Under the pieces are notes generated by a model, which was not told the DNA's origin, made no database searches, and worked only from the letters and a program-made list of their open reading frames with translations. From an uncultured Verrucomicrobiae bacterium (GTDB lineage Bacteria > Chlamydiota > Chlamydiia > Chlamydiales > Rhabdochlamydiaceae), in NCBI GenBank assembly GCA_963718565.1, contig OY970364.1:32001-96000 (forward strand): 64,000 nucleotides of DNA, read 5' to 3'. Numbering within the stretch: position 1 is the stretch's first letter; each line of letters opens with the position of its first letter. Made by a program: the position numbers and the translations under genes. Below are positions 40,004-52,055 of the stretch, piece after piece.

Positions 40004-42658
40004 CTAAAGTTCTTGCTCAAGGTAGGTGATTTCATAACCTTGCAGCATATCGCCTACTTTGATGTCGTTATTGTTTTGCAGAACGATGCCGCATTCATAT
40101 CCTTTGGAAACTTCACGCACATCTTCTTTGACTCTTTTTAAGGAATGGATGGGGCCTTTCCAAATGACTTTCTTGTCGCGAATTTGGCGCATGTGTGCAG
40201 ACCGCTTAATCGTCCCTTCAGTCACTGTACATCCAGCGATAATACCGAGTTGAGAAGATTTGAAAATTGCCTTGACCTCCGCCTCGCCGATATCTGTTTC
40301 CTGAGGGATCCTATCGAGCATGCTTTGCATAATAGAGCGCACGTCATCGACAGCATGATAGATAATGTCATGAAGCTTGACGTTGACTTTCAGCTCTTTG
40401 ATCAAAGTTTCTGCATGACTTTCAATTTGCGTATGGAAGCCAATGATTGTCGCTTTGGAAGCTTGGGCCAATTGAACATCGGACTCTGAAATTTCCCCAA
40501 CGGCTGCGGAAATGATATTGAGTTCGATTTTCTTAGAGGCGATTTTGAGCAATGAAGTTTTCAATGCTTCTACGGAACCTTGTACGTCGGCTCGCAGGAT
40601 CAGATTGAGCACTTTCTTATGAATGCCATTGGCTTTCTCGGCAAGAAAGCTCTCGGCGCCGCGTTTGGTTTGTTGCAGGAGAGCATGCCGCTGCCCCTCC
40701 GATCTTTTCTCAGCGATCTCCATGGCTTCTTTTTCACTTTTGACAACGATGAATTCGCTGCCAGCTTCGGGAAGGTCGGACAAACCGGTAATTTTTATGG
40801 GAGTGGATGGTCCTGCTTCTGTCAATTCTCTTCCATGCTCATCGTGCATCGTTTTAACACGCGCAAACTGCTGAGCAAACACGAGCGCATCGCCTAGCCG
40901 CAAAGTGCCATTTTGCACGAGGATGGTGGCGACCGCGCCGAGACCTTTATGCATCTGGGATTCGATCACAGTGCCGCGAGCACGAAAATTTGGATTGGCT
41001 TTAAGCTCCAGAATTTCAGCTTGAAGGGCAAGCATTTCCAACAATTCTTTAATTCCCTGACCTGTTACTGCAGAACAATTGACTACAATTGTTTGACCGC
41101 CCCAGCTTTCGGGGAGCAGATTGCGATCAGCGAGACCTCGATAGACATTTTCTGCATTGAAATTCGGCTTATCACATTTATTCAGCGCAACGACGATAGG
41201 AACATGAGCAGCTTGCGCTTGCTCAATGGCCTCGATTGTTTGCGTACGAATCCCTTCATCTCCAGCAATGACGAGGACAACGATATCTGTCACCTCAGCT
41301 CCTCGCGCTCGCATTGCTGAAAAGGCTTCATGGCCTGGTGTGTCGAGGATTGTCAAATCGCCTGCATCCGTATGGCATTTGAATGCGCCGATATGCTGAG
41401 TAATTTCTCCAGCTTCGCCTGCAGCAAGTTTAGACTTACGGATTGCATCGATCAAACTTGTCTTACCATGATCGACGTGGCCCATGAAAGCAACAACGGG
41501 TGGCCGCAGCACCATAGACTCAAGGGGCGACTCTTGAACTTCTTGTTTAATTGTCTTATCGGTAATGCGCAGACGGTCTTCTTCTGTTCTGTCAATGGCA
41601 ATTTCACAATCGAAATCTTGGCCTAAGAGTTGAATTGTCGTTTCATCATCAAGAAAATCATTTAAAGTGATGACAATGCCTTTCATAAAAAGCTTGGAGA
41701 TCAATTGAGATGCCTTCAATTTCATTTCCGCTGCCAAATCCTTGACAGTGATCGGAATGCGGACTTTCAACGTTTTGGGACGGATCACTTCTTCTTGTTG
41801 TAAGGGGCGAGCTTTCTGAGGGGGGCGGCGTTTACGCCACATCTGTTCTTCTGTATCCCTGAGTCCTTGTCGATCGCGCGCATCAAATGACCGCTCTTCC
41901 TGTTTTTTTGCAGGCTTATATTCGCGGAATTCTTTTTGGGGCCCCACTTTGCGCTGAGTGCCTTTGCCTGCTTCTTCGCTGTAGTGAGCTTTACCGCCTT
42001 TTTTTTCTCTGGCTTCTTCAATTCCAGACAGGGGCGCCCTTGGAGCAAGTGGTGGTCGAGGAGAGCCTGGTGCGGGACGATATCCACGATCTGAAGAGGG
42101 GCCAGCTGGGCGTGGGGCATAAGGTGGGCGTGGAGTATAAGGTTCTCGGCGAGGAGGATAAGGTGGACGTCCCCCTGCAGGCGGCGGACCATATCCTGGT
42201 TTGCGATAATGAGGTGCCGCTCCAGGGCGTTGAGAATATCCTGTTCCTGGATAAGACCTCGGTCCAGCATTATAAGGCCTCGGTCCAGCATTTGGACCAG
42301 AATAAGGTCTTGGACCAGCATGTCTGGGAGGGTATTGAGGGGATATAGGCCTAGGCGGCTGTGGCGGCGGTGGGACCGCAGGCTTCTCAGCAGCAGGCTG
42401 TTCCGTAGGCTTAAGGGGAACTGGTGGCGTAGGCGGTGGCAGCGCTTCCTCTTTTTTCTCAAGAGGTGGAGGAGGTGTGGCAGGAGCAACGGATGCCGGT
42501 TTCTCCTCTGCGTGTGTCTTGTCTAAGCCCTCAGCCTCTATAGTCTTTTCAGGTTCTTCAGCTTTTTTCTTTTTTGCAGCAGGTTTTTTGACCTTTCCGA
42601 GCTTGAGTGCTTCTGCAAGCTGAGTATTTTTAACATTAATTTTTAAATTTTTGGCCAA
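40004..42658 (-). CDS. infB: Translation initiation factor IF-2
   Basis: [22 protein letters not shown]; Pro-rich N-terminus. Confidence 0.96.
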   Translation of the reverse strand: MAKNLKINVKNTQLAEALKLGKVKKPAAKKKKAEEPEKTIEAEGLDKTHAEEKPASVAPATPPPPLEKKEEALPPPTPPVPLKPTEQPAAEKPAVPPPPQPPRPISPQYPPRHAGPRPYSGPNAGPRPYNAGPRSYPGTGYSQRPGAAPHYRKPGYGPPPAGGRPPYPPRREPYTPRPPYAPRPAGPSSDRGYRPAPGSPRPPLAPRAPLSGIEEAREKKGGKAHYSEEAGKGTQRKVGPQKEFREYKPAKKQEERSFDARDRQGLRDTEEQMWRKRRPPQKARPLQQEEVIRPKTLKVRIPITVKDLAAEMKLKASQLISKLFMKGIVITLNDFLDDETTIQLLGQDFDCEIAIDRTEEDRLRITDKTIKQEVQESPLESMVLRPPVVAFMGHVDHGKTSLIDAIRKSKLAAGEAGEITQHIGAFKCHTDAGDLTILDTPGHEAFSAMRARGAEVTDIVVLVIAGDEGIRTQTIEAIEQAQAAHVPIVVALNKCDKPNFNAENVYRGLADRNLLPESWGGQTIVVNCSAVTGQGIKELLEMLALQAEILELKANPNFRARGTVIESQMHKGLGAVATILVQNGTLRLGDALVFAQQFARVKTMHDEHGRELTEAGPSTPIKITGLSDLPEAGSEFIVVKSEKEAMEIAEKRSEGQRHALLQQTKRGAESFLAEKANGIHKKVLNLILRADVQGSVEALKTSLLKIASKKIELNIISAAVGEISESDVQLAQASKATIIGFHTQIESHAETLIKELKVNVKLHDIIYHAVDDVRSIMQSMLDRIPQETDIGEAEVKAIFKSSQLGIIAGCTVTEGTIKRSAHMRQIRDKKVIWKGPIHSLKRVKEDVREVSKGYECGIVLQNNNDIKVGDMLQGYEITYLEQEL

Positions 42659-42661
42659 CGC

Positions 42662-43960
42662 TTAAACCCTCTTTTTACGAATTTGTTCCAAAATCTTGTC
42701 AGCCATCTCTAAACTGATCTCAGGAATTTTAGCTAATTGATCTGCTGTTGCGTTCAAGACTTTACGCGGAGTATCAAAACCAGCGCTGATCAAGCTTTCT
42801 ATGATCATCCTGTCGAGAGCTCTATTCTCCCCGCCCAGGCTGATCCCCTCAATGGAAAGTTTTTCATCCAGTGTCGGATCTTCACTTAAGGCGAGCTGTG
42901 CTCCTTCGATATTCATTGCGGCTTGATATTGGCTCATCTTTTGCACTTGAAGCTCGACTTCAGCGAGTTCTCCGTTGAGACGGGCGTTCATGCCGCGTTT
43001 GCCCAGAGCTGCAGGATAATCTTCGTCATTGACGATGATGTTGATCGTCGATCTGTCTTCGCTGATGAACATCTTCTTAATTTCGATCGGCTGCATTGCA
43101 TTTTGCAAAAGCACAGCAGGATCTTCAGCGTAGGGGATGATGTCGATCTTTTCGTTATTGAGCTCACGGATGATGTTCTTTACGCGATTGCCGCGAATTC
43201 CTACACAGGCGCCGACAGGATCAACTTTTGGATCTTGGGAGCGTACAGCGACTTTAGTGCGATATCCAGCGTCGCGAACGATTTTTTCAATTATGATCGT
43301 TCCATCGCTAATTTCTGGAACCTCTTGAATGAAAAGCTGGGCAACGAATTCAGGATGGCTGCGGGACAGGATGACTTCAGCCCCTCCGTTTTCAGTATCT
43401 CGAACTTCTAGCAATAGCGCTTGGACGCGATCGCCAACATTGTATTTTTCTGTTTTTGGGTAAAAGCGGTCGGGCATGATCGCTTCTACTTTCCCCAAAT
43501 CGACAATGAGCGTGGCCCCGCGAATGATGCGCTTCACGGTTCCGGAGATAATCTCATTGATACGGTGACGATATTCTTCGTAAATGACATCGCGTTCTGC
43601 ACTGCGCAACTTCTGCGAGATGACTTGCCGTGCAGTTTGCGCAGCAATTCTTCCGAAATCTTGAGGTGTTACGGCAATGTCGACCCAAGACCCGATTTCG
43701 CAATTAGGATTGATTTTTCGAGCTTCTTCCAAGGAAATCTCTTCTTCGGGAATCGTCACTTTATCGACGACCTCTTTTTGAGCGATGACATCGATATTGC
43801 CCGTTTTCGGATTGATAGAAACGGAAACATTGATGTGTCCTTTGACGCTTTTACGAGCGGCAGCGCGCAAGGACTCTTCAACCGCAGAAATAATGACTTC
43901 CCGTTTGATTCCTTTTTCTCTTTCGAGGTATTCAAAAATGGCAACTAGATCTTTATTCAT
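42662..43960 (-). CDS. nusA: Transcription factor NusA
   Basis: FGRIAAQTARQV, DPVGACVG.RG, S1 and KH domains. Confidence 0.96.
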   Translation of the reverse strand: MNKDLVAIFEYLEREKGIKREVIISAVEESLRAAARKSVKGHINVSVSINPKTGNIDVIAQKEVVDKVTIPEEEISLEEARKINPNCEIGSWVDIAVTPQDFGRIAAQTARQVISQKLRSAERDVIYEEYRHRINEIISGTVKRIIRGATLIVDLGKVEAIMPDRFYPKTEKYNVGDRVQALLLEVRDTENGGAEVILSRSHPEFVAQLFIQEVPEISDGTIIIEKIVRDAGYRTKVAVRSQDPKVDPVGACVGIRGNRVKNIIRELNNEKIDIIPYAEDPAVLLQNAMQPIEIKKMFISEDRSTINIIVNDEDYPAALGKRGMNARLNGELAEVELQVQKMSQYQAAMNIEGAQLALSEDPTLDEKLSIEGISLGGENRALDRMIIESLISAGFDTPRKVLNATADQLAKIPEISLEMADKILEQIRKKRV

Positions 43961-43966
43961 CTTTAA

Positions 43967-45742
43967 TTATTCCGTCGAACCTTCTTCGGATTCTTTGTCT
44001 TTTTCTTTATTTTGTTTTTCTTTGGCTTTCTTGCTTGGGGTCCGAGTTTTTGCATTGCCAACAACAATGTCATCGTGATTGACTTTGTTTTTATCTATGA
44101 GATATTCTTTGATTGAAAGCGCGATTTTTTTGTGCTCTGGGTCGAGTTTAATCACTTTTGCAGTGACCTCTTCGCCTTTGTTGACGACATCTTCCACTTT
44201 GCCAAAGGGTTGATCGGAAAGTTCTGTCACATGGACAAGGGCTTCAATGCCATTAGGCAATTCTACAAAAGCGCCGAAGGCGGTGATTTTAGAAACGATG
44301 CCTTTGACAAGAGTACCGACAGGCATTGTCTTTTCAATACTTTCCCAGGGATTAAGGCTGAGCTGTTTTACCCCAAGGGTAATTTTTTTGCTTTCTTTGT
44401 CGACCGAGAGGACAACGGCTTCTACCTTATCTCCCTTTTTGAGGACTTCAGAAGGGTGGGAAACCTTTTTGATCCAGCTCAAGTCGGAAATATGAATCAG
44501 TCCATCGATGCCGGGCTCGAGTTCGACAAAAGCGCCGTAGTTTGTCAAATTGCGAATTTCTGCAGTGACGCTGCTGCCAACAGGATATTTTTTCTCAACT
44601 TCGTCCCAAGGGTTCTTTTCTGTTTGTTTTAAACCAAGAGAGATTTTCCCTTCTTCTTTTTGGACAGAGAGAACAACAGCTTCGACTTCATCGCCTTTAT
44701 TGACGATTTCATTGGGGTCAGTGACTGTTTTTACCCAGGACATTTCTGAGACGTGGATAAGGCCTTCGATGCCAGGTTCAATTTCGATAAAAGCGCCATA
44801 GGGCACAAGATTGACGATTTTACCACGGATACGGGTCCCTGGAGGATAACGCTGTTCGATCTCTTCCCAAGGATTGGACTCTTTTTGCTTCATACCCAAG
44901 GCAACGCGCCCTTTTTCTTTGTCAACATGGAGGATCATCACCTCGAGCTCTTGGCCAAGTCCGACCATTTCAGAAGGATGCTTGATCCGTTTCCAGGTCA
45001 TGTCTGTAATGTGGAGGAGCCCATCGATGCCATCTAAATCCAAGAACACGCCAAAGTCTGTGATATTTTTGACAACTCCGCGACGGATATCACCTTCGAC
45101 GATATTTTCAAGGAGCTCTGCTTTGCGGGAGATGCGCTCTTCTTCGAGAAGTTCACGGCGAGAAACAACGATGTTTTTGCGCTCTGTATTAATTTTGAGG
45201 ATTTTAAAATCATAAGTTTGGCCGATGAACTCATCGAGATTTTTAATGCGCTTGTTATCGATCTGGGAGCCAGGGAGGAATGCTTCCATTCCGATATCGA
45301 CCATGAGCCCGCCTTTAACTTTGCGGATCACTTTACCTTTGACAATCGATCCTTCTTTACAGTGGTTGACAATGTATTCCCATTGTCTTTGGCGGCGAGC
45401 TTTTTCACGGGAAAGCACAATTTGCCCATCTTCGCCTTCGGTTTGGTCAAGATAGACTTCGACTTCATGGCTGAGAGAAAGTTCATTGGGTTCGATAAAC
45501 TCATTAATCGGCACCAAACCCTCAGATTTCAAACCGACGTCGACAACGACGAAATCTTTTGTAATCTCGACGATGCACCCTTTGAGGATTTGACCCGAAC
45601 TCATCAATGCGAGAGAGCCTTCGCCAGCCGCTTCCTCTTTACGGTCGAGTAGGTTTTTAAACTGTTTAGCGTCTTCTTCTTGGAATGCGACATCATCAAT
45701 AATGTTGCTTTCATTCCAGTCGGTTTGTTTCTGTTTGGACAT
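43967..45742 (-). CDS. rpsA: 30S ribosomal protein S1
   Basis: Repeated S1 domains (YGAFVEL..GIDGL.H). Confidence 0.96.
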   Translation of the reverse strand: MSKQKQTDWNESNIIDDVAFQEEDAKQFKNLLDRKEEAAGEGSLALMSSGQILKGCIVEITKDFVVVDVGLKSEGLVPINEFIEPNELSLSHEVEVYLDQTEGEDGQIVLSREKARRQRQWEYIVNHCKEGSIVKGKVIRKVKGGLMVDIGMEAFLPGSQIDNKRIKNLDEFIGQTYDFKILKINTERKNIVVSRRELLEEERISRKAELLENIVEGDIRRGVVKNITDFGVFLDLDGIDGLLHITDMTWKRIKHPSEMVGLGQELEVMILHVDKEKGRVALGMKQKESNPWEEIEQRYPPGTRIRGKIVNLVPYGAFIEIEPGIEGLIHVSEMSWVKTVTDPNEIVNKGDEVEAVVLSVQKEEGKISLGLKQTEKNPWDEVEKKYPVGSSVTAEIRNLTNYGAFVELEPGIDGLIHISDLSWIKKVSHPSEVLKKGDKVEAVVLSVDKESKKITLGVKQLSLNPWESIEKTMPVGTLVKGIVSKITAFGAFVELPNGIEALVHVTELSDQPFGKVEDVVNKGEEVTAKVIKLDPEHKKIALSIKEYLIDKNKVNHDDIVVGNAKTRTPSKKAKEKQNKEKDKESEEGSTE

Positions 45743-45845
45743 GTTAAAGGTTTCTCCTGAGTTTCAAGTGAAAGGGGAGAGATTATCAAAAGATTCGTAA
45801 TATTATCAATGACAAACTTAAGAACATAATGATATCATAATTCTT

Positions 45846-46640
45846 ATGAACTATCAAGAGACCATTGTTTTAAAATTCGGTGGAGCCTCCGTAGCCAACA
45901 CTCAACAGTTTTCAAAAATTGCAGAAATTATTTTAAACAAAAGTCTACAGTATCAGGTCGTTGTTGTCGTGAGTGCGATGGGAGACACCACCAATCAACT
46001 TCTTTCTCTGGCAAGGAGCGTTCATCCTAATCCTCCTCCGCGCGAGCAAGACATGCTTGTTAGCGTGGGGGAAAGAGTGAGTATGTCCCTCCTCGCTATG
46101 GCCTTGCATCTTAAAGATAAAGAAGCGATCAGCTTTACCGGAAGCCAGTCCGGCATTATCACTTCTGCAAAGCATTCGGATGCGCAGGTCATCGACGTAA
46201 AGCCTCACCGCATTCTTGAATCCCTTGGTAAGGGAAAAGTTGTCATTGTCGCCGGATTTCAGGGGGTTAGCAAAGAGGGGGAGATCACGACACTTGGTCG
46301 CGGGGGATCCGATACGACAGCTGTGGCCTTGGGTATAGCACTTGGGGCAACAAGCGTAGAGTTTTATAAGGATGTTGAAGGAGTCTATTCGGAAGATCCA
46401 AAGAAAGACCCCAGGGCGGTCTTGTTTCCTTATTTGTCTTTTGAAGAAGCGATTGAAATCGTGGAACGCGGAGCCAAAGTGCTTCATCCAAGATGTATTC
46501 GACTGGCTGCAAAGAACGGTCTGCCCTTAAAGATACTCTCTTTTTACGACCCGATGATGCGCTATCATTCAGGAACTTTGATCGGCCGGCCTGCTGAAAT
46601 TAGAGAAAATTCCTCTATTTTTGAAGGAAACAATGGATAA
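45846..46640 (+). CDS. lysC: Aspartate kinase, catalytic domain only
   Basis: KFGG.SV, VVSAMG, GFQG, TLGRGGSDTTA; no ACT domains. Confidence 0.88.
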   Translation: MNYQETIVLKFGGASVANTQQFSKIAEIILNKSLQYQVVVVVSAMGDTTNQLLSLARSVHPNPPPREQDMLVSVGERVSMSLLAMALHLKDKEAISFTGSQSGIITSAKHSDAQVIDVKPHRILESLGKGKVVIVAGFQGVSKEGEITTLGRGGSDTTAVALGIALGATSVEFYKDVEGVYSEDPKKDPRAVLFPYLSFEEAIEIVERGAKVLHPRCIRLAAKNGLPLKILSFYDPMMRYHSGTLIGRPAEIRENSSIFEGNNG

Positions 46641-48585
46641 TGCAACGCTGCAAGCAAAAGGCTTGCCGAGGGTTTCATGCGTTTTCGACGACGATCAAAA
46701 TAGTCCTCATAGCCTTCTCTACAGCGGCTCAATTCGCAACACTTTAATGAAGTTGCTTCCCTCTGATTTTTTTTTCTCAGAGGAAGTAGATGAGGGGCTT
46801 GCTTTAGAGTTCAACCGCCTCCTGCCTATTTTGAAATGGATAGAATGGGGGGATCAAAATCAGTATATATCAATTTTTTTACTCTGTCGACATCGTGTGA
46901 ACGGAGTGAAATTTTTTTATGAAATGATCAGTCGCTGGTTGCTTCCTGGAAAGAGACCGAATATCTGCTCTTTTTTCGCAACGGATTTTAGATTCCCGGA
47001 TCTCACGAATGAGACATTTACGATCTGCGAAGCTGTGATTTCTTTTGATAACTCTCTGGACAAAGAAGTGACACGCCATCAGCTTCCCGTTCTTGAAAGC
47101 GAGATACGCTTAGGATTGATTTCTGTTTATCATGCCAGCCGTATTTTGGAGATTAAGGGTTTGTCCGCGGATGAAAAGACGTCGATCATCCAAGAAAGAA
47201 TTGTTTCTTTGCTCGAAAGGCGTCCGCGCGATTTTGACCACGATATTTTCATGCAAATGCAGCATTTTTTAGTGATGTGTACCGAAGAATTCAAAGCAAT
47301 TCGCGAACATGCGCATATGAGTCGTATCATCTATGTGTTTTATCTTTTTCGCAAAATCTTGAAAAACCAGATGGAAAAATTTCCAACGCAACGTTTCATT
47401 CATGTGAAATTGAGCAAGACTTATTTACATCTTCCGTTTGGTATGAGAAAGGTGCTCGGCATTTTCATTGCGGTGAACCTGCAAGGAGATAATGAACTTT
47501 TCGAGGAGCGTCATATCGGCGTGGTTTTGCTCAATCAATTTCCGAAATTGTCTATTGTCAATGATTCTTTCTTTTCACGTTCCTCCAAAGAGGAGCATAT
47601 CCAATTGTTTTATGTGGAGGTCGACAAAGAAGATGGAACAGGTTTTTCTCTTGAGGAAATGAAACAAATTAAAGAACGGCTTCCTGAAGAAATTAGAAAC
47701 GGCATCGAAAAAGTGATGCGTCCCTTGTTTATGCCTCGGAATGAAGAAGAAGTCATGCGCAATATTATTATTCTCTCTAACCAATTAAAATTTTCTCGTG
47801 ATTTACCCCAAGTAGTGATTGCTTTTGACGAACAAACCGAAGGCGAGCTCGGCTTCACCGTGATTTGGATGAGAGTCTTAAAATCCTCCGATGCCGCTCT
47901 TCAAGAAACGTTTGAGCGCAGCGAGACTTTTTTGAAGTTCATTCCCGATCGCATGAAACAAGTCGGTTTTTTGCGTAAAAAATACCCAAAAGAGGTCACT
48001 GTATTTAGAGTGAAACTTGCTGCTTCTGTTTTTGTGCGAGCCGACCACTCCGTTGATCTCCTTAAGGCGCGTCAAGCGATCGTGCAGGAGTTGCAGCGCC
48101 TTTTAGGGGAATTCCGAGATTACAATGGGGGAATGATTGCAAAACAACATGAGCAATTTCTTTCTTTGAGAAGTTTGTTTTCTTCTTTAGACCGAAAAGA
48201 AGAACTTCTTTTAGAAAACTTCTTCCATTCGATTTTTCCTATCGAGTTGCGAAGCGTGTTCAATCCGCAGTTATTAAAAAAATTATTTTCCATGTTTTTA
48301 GAAGGCATACAAAAAAACAAGGAAACGGGTGGGAAGGAGGGTGTTTTCTTAAAAAACAGTAATCACCTTGGCTCTTATCTTTTGATCACTTACAATCAAC
48401 CCGTTTATAAGGAACGGGTTATCGAATGTATACAGGTGCTGCAAATTCCTTCTTCACAGCTTCTTACGTTGTCACTGCACATTTCTGAAACTTCTTATTT
48501 AGGTTTTATTTATTTGGAGGAAAACAGTGAAAAACGGGATAATTTTTTAAAAGGAATTGCCCATGCAACAGAAATTATCCATTAA
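46633..48585 (+). CDS. Hypothetical protein
   Basis: Long ORF overlapping both lysC and rpe; PRNEEE and RDYNGG motifs. Confidence 0.7.
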   Translation: MDNATLQAKGLPRVSCVFDDDQNSPHSLLYSGSIRNTLMKLLPSDFFFSEEVDEGLALEFNRLLPILKWIEWGDQNQYISIFLLCRHRVNGVKFFYEMISRWLLPGKRPNICSFFATDFRFPDLTNETFTICEAVISFDNSLDKEVTRHQLPVLESEIRLGLISVYHASRILEIKGLSADEKTSIIQERIVSLLERRPRDFDHDIFMQMQHFLVMCTEEFKAIREHAHMSRIIYVFYLFRKILKNQMEKFPTQRFIHVKLSKTYLHLPFGMRKVLGIFIAVNLQGDNELFEERHIGVVLLNQFPKLSIVNDSFFSRSSKEEHIQLFYVEVDKEDGTGFSLEEMKQIKERLPEEIRNGIEKVMRPLFMPRNEEEVMRNIIILSNQLKFSRDLPQVVIAFDEQTEGELGFTVIWMRVLKSSDAALQETFERSETFLKFIPDRMKQVGFLRKKYPKEVTVFRVKLAASVFVRADHSVDLLKARQAIVQELQRLLGEFRDYNGGMIAKQHEQFLSLRSLFSSLDRKEELLLENFFHSIFPIELRSVFNPQLLKKLFSMFLEGIQKNKETGGKEGVFLKNSNHLGSYLLITYNQPVYKERVIECIQVLQIPSSQLLTLSLHISETSYLGFIYLEENSEKRDNFLKGIAHATEIIH

Positions 48586-49291
48586 AGTCGAACCTTCGCT
48601 ACTTTCTGCCGATTTTGGCAAGCTAGCGGAAGAAGCGAAACATGCGGAAGAGGCGGGCGCTGATGCCTTGCATATTGATATCATGGACGGGCACTTTGTT
48701 CCGAACTTGACCCTCGGGCCTCGCGCTGTAGCCGCTGTCAATCGGGTGACTTCTCTCTTTCTCGACGTCCATTTAATGATTTATAATCCGTTCGATTACA
48801 TCGAACGCTTTGTCGAGGCTGGAGCTGACCGGATTACTTTTCACATAGAAGCGACGGAGGCCGTCGAGGATACGTTGAACTATATCCGTCGCTGTGGAAT
48901 CGAAGCTGGACTCGCATTTTGTCCTGAAACAAGCGAATCCTTGATCCCAAAGTATCTCGATAAATGCGATTTAGTTTTGCTGATGACAGTCAATCCGGGT
49001 TTTGGCGGGCAGGATTTCATTCCTGAAGTTCTTCATAAAATTCAATTCACGCGAGAAGTTTGTTCTCGGCTCAATATTCGAAAAGGAGGCAAAGTTCCTC
49101 AAGCGGACAAAAAAACAGCGGCAGATTTTACCCCTCCCTTCGATATCCAGGTAGATGGGGGGATCAATGGGGAAATGGCAAAAAAATGTATCGAAGCTGG
49201 CGCGAATGTCCTGGTCTCTGGAACCTACTTATATACTGTACCAAGTATGCGTGATGCCATTGTGCAAATCAAACAAATGGGAAAGGGATAG
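48557..49291 (+). CDS. rpe: Ribulose-phosphate 3-epimerase
   Basis: HIDIMDGHFVPN, DVHLM, MTVNPGFGGQ, VDGG. Confidence 0.95.
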   Translation: MPMQQKLSIKVEPSLLSADFGKLAEEAKHAEEAGADALHIDIMDGHFVPNLTLGPRAVAAVNRVTSLFLDVHLMIYNPFDYIERFVEAGADRITFHIEATEAVEDTLNYIRRCGIEAGLAFCPETSESLIPKYLDKCDLVLLMTVNPGFGGQDFIPEVLHKIQFTREVCSRLNIRKGGKVPQADKKTAADFTPPFDIQVDGGINGEMAKKCIEAGANVLVSGTYLYTVPSMRDAIVQIKQMGKG

Positions 49292-49293
49292 AC

Positions 49294-50256
49294 ATGAAAA
49301 AGATTGTCGTCATTGGGGGAGGAACAGGCAATTTCGCTGTTTTAAGGGGACTAAGAAATTATGAAGTGGATTTAAGTGCAATCGTTTCAATGGCCGACGA
49401 TGGCGGAAGCACAGGGATTTTGCGCGACGAGCTCGGTGTTTTGCCTCCGGGTGATGTGCGTCAATGCCTAGTAGCGCTTTCTAATTCTTCACATATGATG
49501 CGTTCTCTGATGAACTATCGTTTTGAAAACGGCGGCCTAGAAGGACATAGCTTTGGTAATTTGCTTCTCTCGGCGCTCGAAAAAGTGACCGGAAGTTTTG
49601 AGAAGGCTGTCGAAGAGATGGGCAAGATTCTCTTTATAAAAGGAAAAGTGATTCCTGTAACCACTCACGAGGTGCGTTTAAAAATGCTCCTCAACAATCG
49701 TCGCCTTTTAGAAGGAGAAAAAGAAGTTTATCTTTCTCAAGAGATCGATCAGGGATATAAAAGTATTTACTTGGAACCCTTCCCAAAGGCCAATCCTCAT
49801 GCCATCGATGAAATTATGAATTCAGATATGATCGTTATGGGGCCTGGTGGATTACATACGTCTTTGATCCCTAACCTTCTCGTCGAAGGAGTGAGTGAGG
49901 CGCTTCGAAACTCTCAAGCAAAGAAAACCTTTGTTGTGAACTTGATGAACAGAAAAGGGCAGACTACAGGGTTTAAAGTCGGTGATTATCTCAAAGAAAT
50001 TAATCACTTTATCGGCGAAGATATCTTTGATTTCATTTTAGTCAATAGCCAAAAGCCCTCCGAGGAATTAATCGAGGTCTACGCTGAAGAGGGGGAGTTC
50101 GTCGAAAATGACCTTTTTGAAGACCGGGTCATTTTTACGACATTGCTAGGAGAACCTAAGGAAACACCGAAAAAGGATTTGCTCAAACGCAACCTGATCC
50201 GTCACGATTCGAAAAAATTAGCTCAGGAGTTAATGAAGATTGTTAATCATCTTTGA
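49294..50256 (+). CDS. YvcK/GlmR (UPF0052) family protein
   Basis: IGGGTG, ADDGGSTG.LR, PPGD.R, GHSFGNL, RHD. Confidence 0.9.
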   Translation: MKKIVVIGGGTGNFAVLRGLRNYEVDLSAIVSMADDGGSTGILRDELGVLPPGDVRQCLVALSNSSHMMRSLMNYRFENGGLEGHSFGNLLLSALEKVTGSFEKAVEEMGKILFIKGKVIPVTTHEVRLKMLLNNRRLLEGEKEVYLSQEIDQGYKSIYLEPFPKANPHAIDEIMNSDMIVMGPGGLHTSLIPNLLVEGVSEALRNSQAKKTFVVNLMNRKGQTTGFKVGDYLKEINHFIGEDIFDFILVNSQKPSEELIEVYAEEGEFVENDLFEDRVIFTTLLGEPKETPKKDLLKRNLIRHDSKKLAQELMKIVNHL

Positions 50257-50941
50257 TCTTGATGATACTTTGATCGACACATCGGGATGCATCACGCACT
50301 TCAAACTCGAAGATGCTTTAAATGCGATGGTGCGTGCAGGGTTTACTGTTTCCGATTTTCCTACAGCTCTTGAACTTCTGCGAAGACTCAACAGCACATC
50401 CGATAGTGCCCGGTCGGCAATCGCTGAATTTGTGGAAATTTTAGGTGGAGATAAATCTTTTTTTGAAATCGGTGTTAAAGAAGCTTATGAAAATATTCCT
50501 TCCGATTTGCCGGTCTTTCCTTTAGAAGGTGCTATTGAAATACTTACGGAATTGGGTGGCCAGCACCAGCTTGCCTTAGTGACAATCGGCAAGCCAATTC
50601 TGCAAATGGACAAAATGAAAAAAGCTGGTATAGATTCTCGAATTTTTAGTAAAATCGCTGTGACCGAAGAGAAAAACAAAAAGCCTCATTATCAGATGAT
50701 TATGGATGAGCTCGGATACGCGTCGACGGAGGTGCTCGTCTGCGGCGATCGAATCCCGCTCGATTTAGCTCCTGCCTGGGAATTAGGATTAAAGACAGTA
50801 AGAATTCAGTGGGGGAGAGGATTGAATTCGGCTGGATATAAAGGCGAAGTAGATTATTGTATTTCAGAACTCAAAGAACTTAAAGACATTGTAAATAGTT
50901 TAATGACTTTTTCTTCATTTCGAAAGGATAGATATTTATGA
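50240..50941 (+). CDS. HAD family hydrolase
   Basis: FDLDDTL, GDR...D. Confidence 0.85.
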   Translation: MLIIFDLDDTLIDTSGCITHFKLEDALNAMVRAGFTVSDFPTALELLRRLNSTSDSARSAIAEFVEILGGDKSFFEIGVKEAYENIPSDLPVFPLEGAIEILTELGGQHQLALVTIGKPILQMDKMKKAGIDSRIFSKIAVTEEKNKKPHYQMIMDELGYASTEVLVCGDRIPLDLAPAWELGLKTVRIQWGRGLNSAGYKGEVDYCISELKELKDIVNSLMTFSSFRKDRYL

Positions 50942-51495
50942 CCACAAGTAACCAATTAGCTCCAGGGATGACTCTGTCGATGGATGGAAAAATCTATCGT
51001 GTGGAATCTTGCGTTAAAGTCACTGTAGCAAAAGGGGTCCCTTTCATCAAAACCAAATTGAAAAATTTGCTTTCAGATGAAGTTGTCGAAAGAAATTTTA
51101 AACTCAATCAACCCGTCCAAGATGTTTCCATCGCGGAAAGAAAATTAGAGTATTTGTACCTTGAAGGAAAAGACTATCTTTTTTTGGACGTAGGTAATCT
51201 TGAACAAGTCTTGGTGCCTTCCCAGGTCATCGGAGACAAAGTCAATTTCCTTAAAGAAGGAATTGAACTCAAAGCGATGTTCTATGGGGAGTCGATTTTT
51301 TCTGTAGAATTGCCGCAATTTTTAGAGCTCATGGTTGTAAAAACGGAAGAGAGTGAATCCGCTGTCCATGTCGCCAACGCAACAAAACTCGCGATTCTAG
51401 AGACGGGAGCAAAGGTCGAGGTTCCGATGTTTATTGAATCAGGGGATATCATCAAAGTGGACACTCAAACAAACGAATACATACAAAGAGTCTAA
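50938..51495 (+). CDS. efp: Elongation factor P paralog with a non-canonical loop
   Basis: EF-P fold; LETGA.VEVP.FI..GD.I.VDT; loop reads VAKG. Confidence 0.85.
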   Translation: MTTSNQLAPGMTLSMDGKIYRVESCVKVTVAKGVPFIKTKLKNLLSDEVVERNFKLNQPVQDVSIAERKLEYLYLEGKDYLFLDVGNLEQVLVPSQVIGDKVNFLKEGIELKAMFYGESIFSVELPQFLELMVVKTEESESAVHVANATKLAILETGAKVEVPMFIESGDIIKVDTQTNEYIQRV

Positions 51496-51513
51496 AAAGT
51501 CTAAGGAGGAGTT

Positions 51514-52029
51514 GTGGACCTTAAACAAATCAAGGAATTAATGACTGCGATGGAGCGTGCAGGCATTAAAAAATTGACGATCAAACAGAAAGGCGGCGAC
51601 GAACTCCATTTGGAACGTCAAGAAGAACATCCCTCTCAGCTCCATGCCCCTGTTGCCACTTTCTATCCTCCTGTTTATGCCCATCCTCCTGTTCGCGAAG
51701 CAGAAGGCTTCGCGCGGTCTGCGCCTGTTCAAAAATCTGCACATGAAGAAACGTCACCAAGTAAGGATAAGGAAAAGAAATCTGAGGAAAGTTCGGGTAA
51801 GTTCGTCACATCGCCTCTTGTCGGCACTTTTTATTCTGCCCCCTCTCCAGAGGATCCCCAGTTTGCCAAAGTCGGTGATCGCGTCGATGAAAACAGTGTC
51901 GTGTGCATCATTGAAGCGATGAAAGTGATGAACGAAGTTAAAGCGGGAGTGAGTGGAACAATTGCAGAGATTCTTGTCGACAATGCCCATCCTGTCGAAT
52001 TTGGGACAAAGCTCTTCAGAGTCGTATAG
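51514..52029 (+). CDS. accB: Biotin carboxyl carrier protein
   Basis: SPLVGTFY, EAMKVMNE. Confidence 0.95.
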   Translation: MDLKQIKELMTAMERAGIKKLTIKQKGGDELHLERQEEHPSQLHAPVATFYPPVYAHPPVREAEGFARSAPVQKSAHEETSPSKDKEKKSEESSGKFVTSPLVGTFYSAPSPEDPQFAKVGDRVDENSVVCIIEAMKVMNEVKAGVSGTIAEILVDNAHPVEFGTKLFRVV

Positions 52030-52055
52030 ACTACATTATCGGATAATAAGGTGTT

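Noticed and set aside
42040..42500. GC-rich short tandem repeats (AGPRPY-type)
   Set aside because: They lie in the low-complexity N-terminus of IF-2, which is commonly variable.
40059..45652. Many long antisense ORFs over infB, nusA and rpsA
   Set aside because: They are shadows of codon bias in highly conserved genes.
51000..51050. EF-P lacking the PGKG loop
   Set aside because: A divergent EF-P paralogue next to accB-accC is an expected chlamydial feature.
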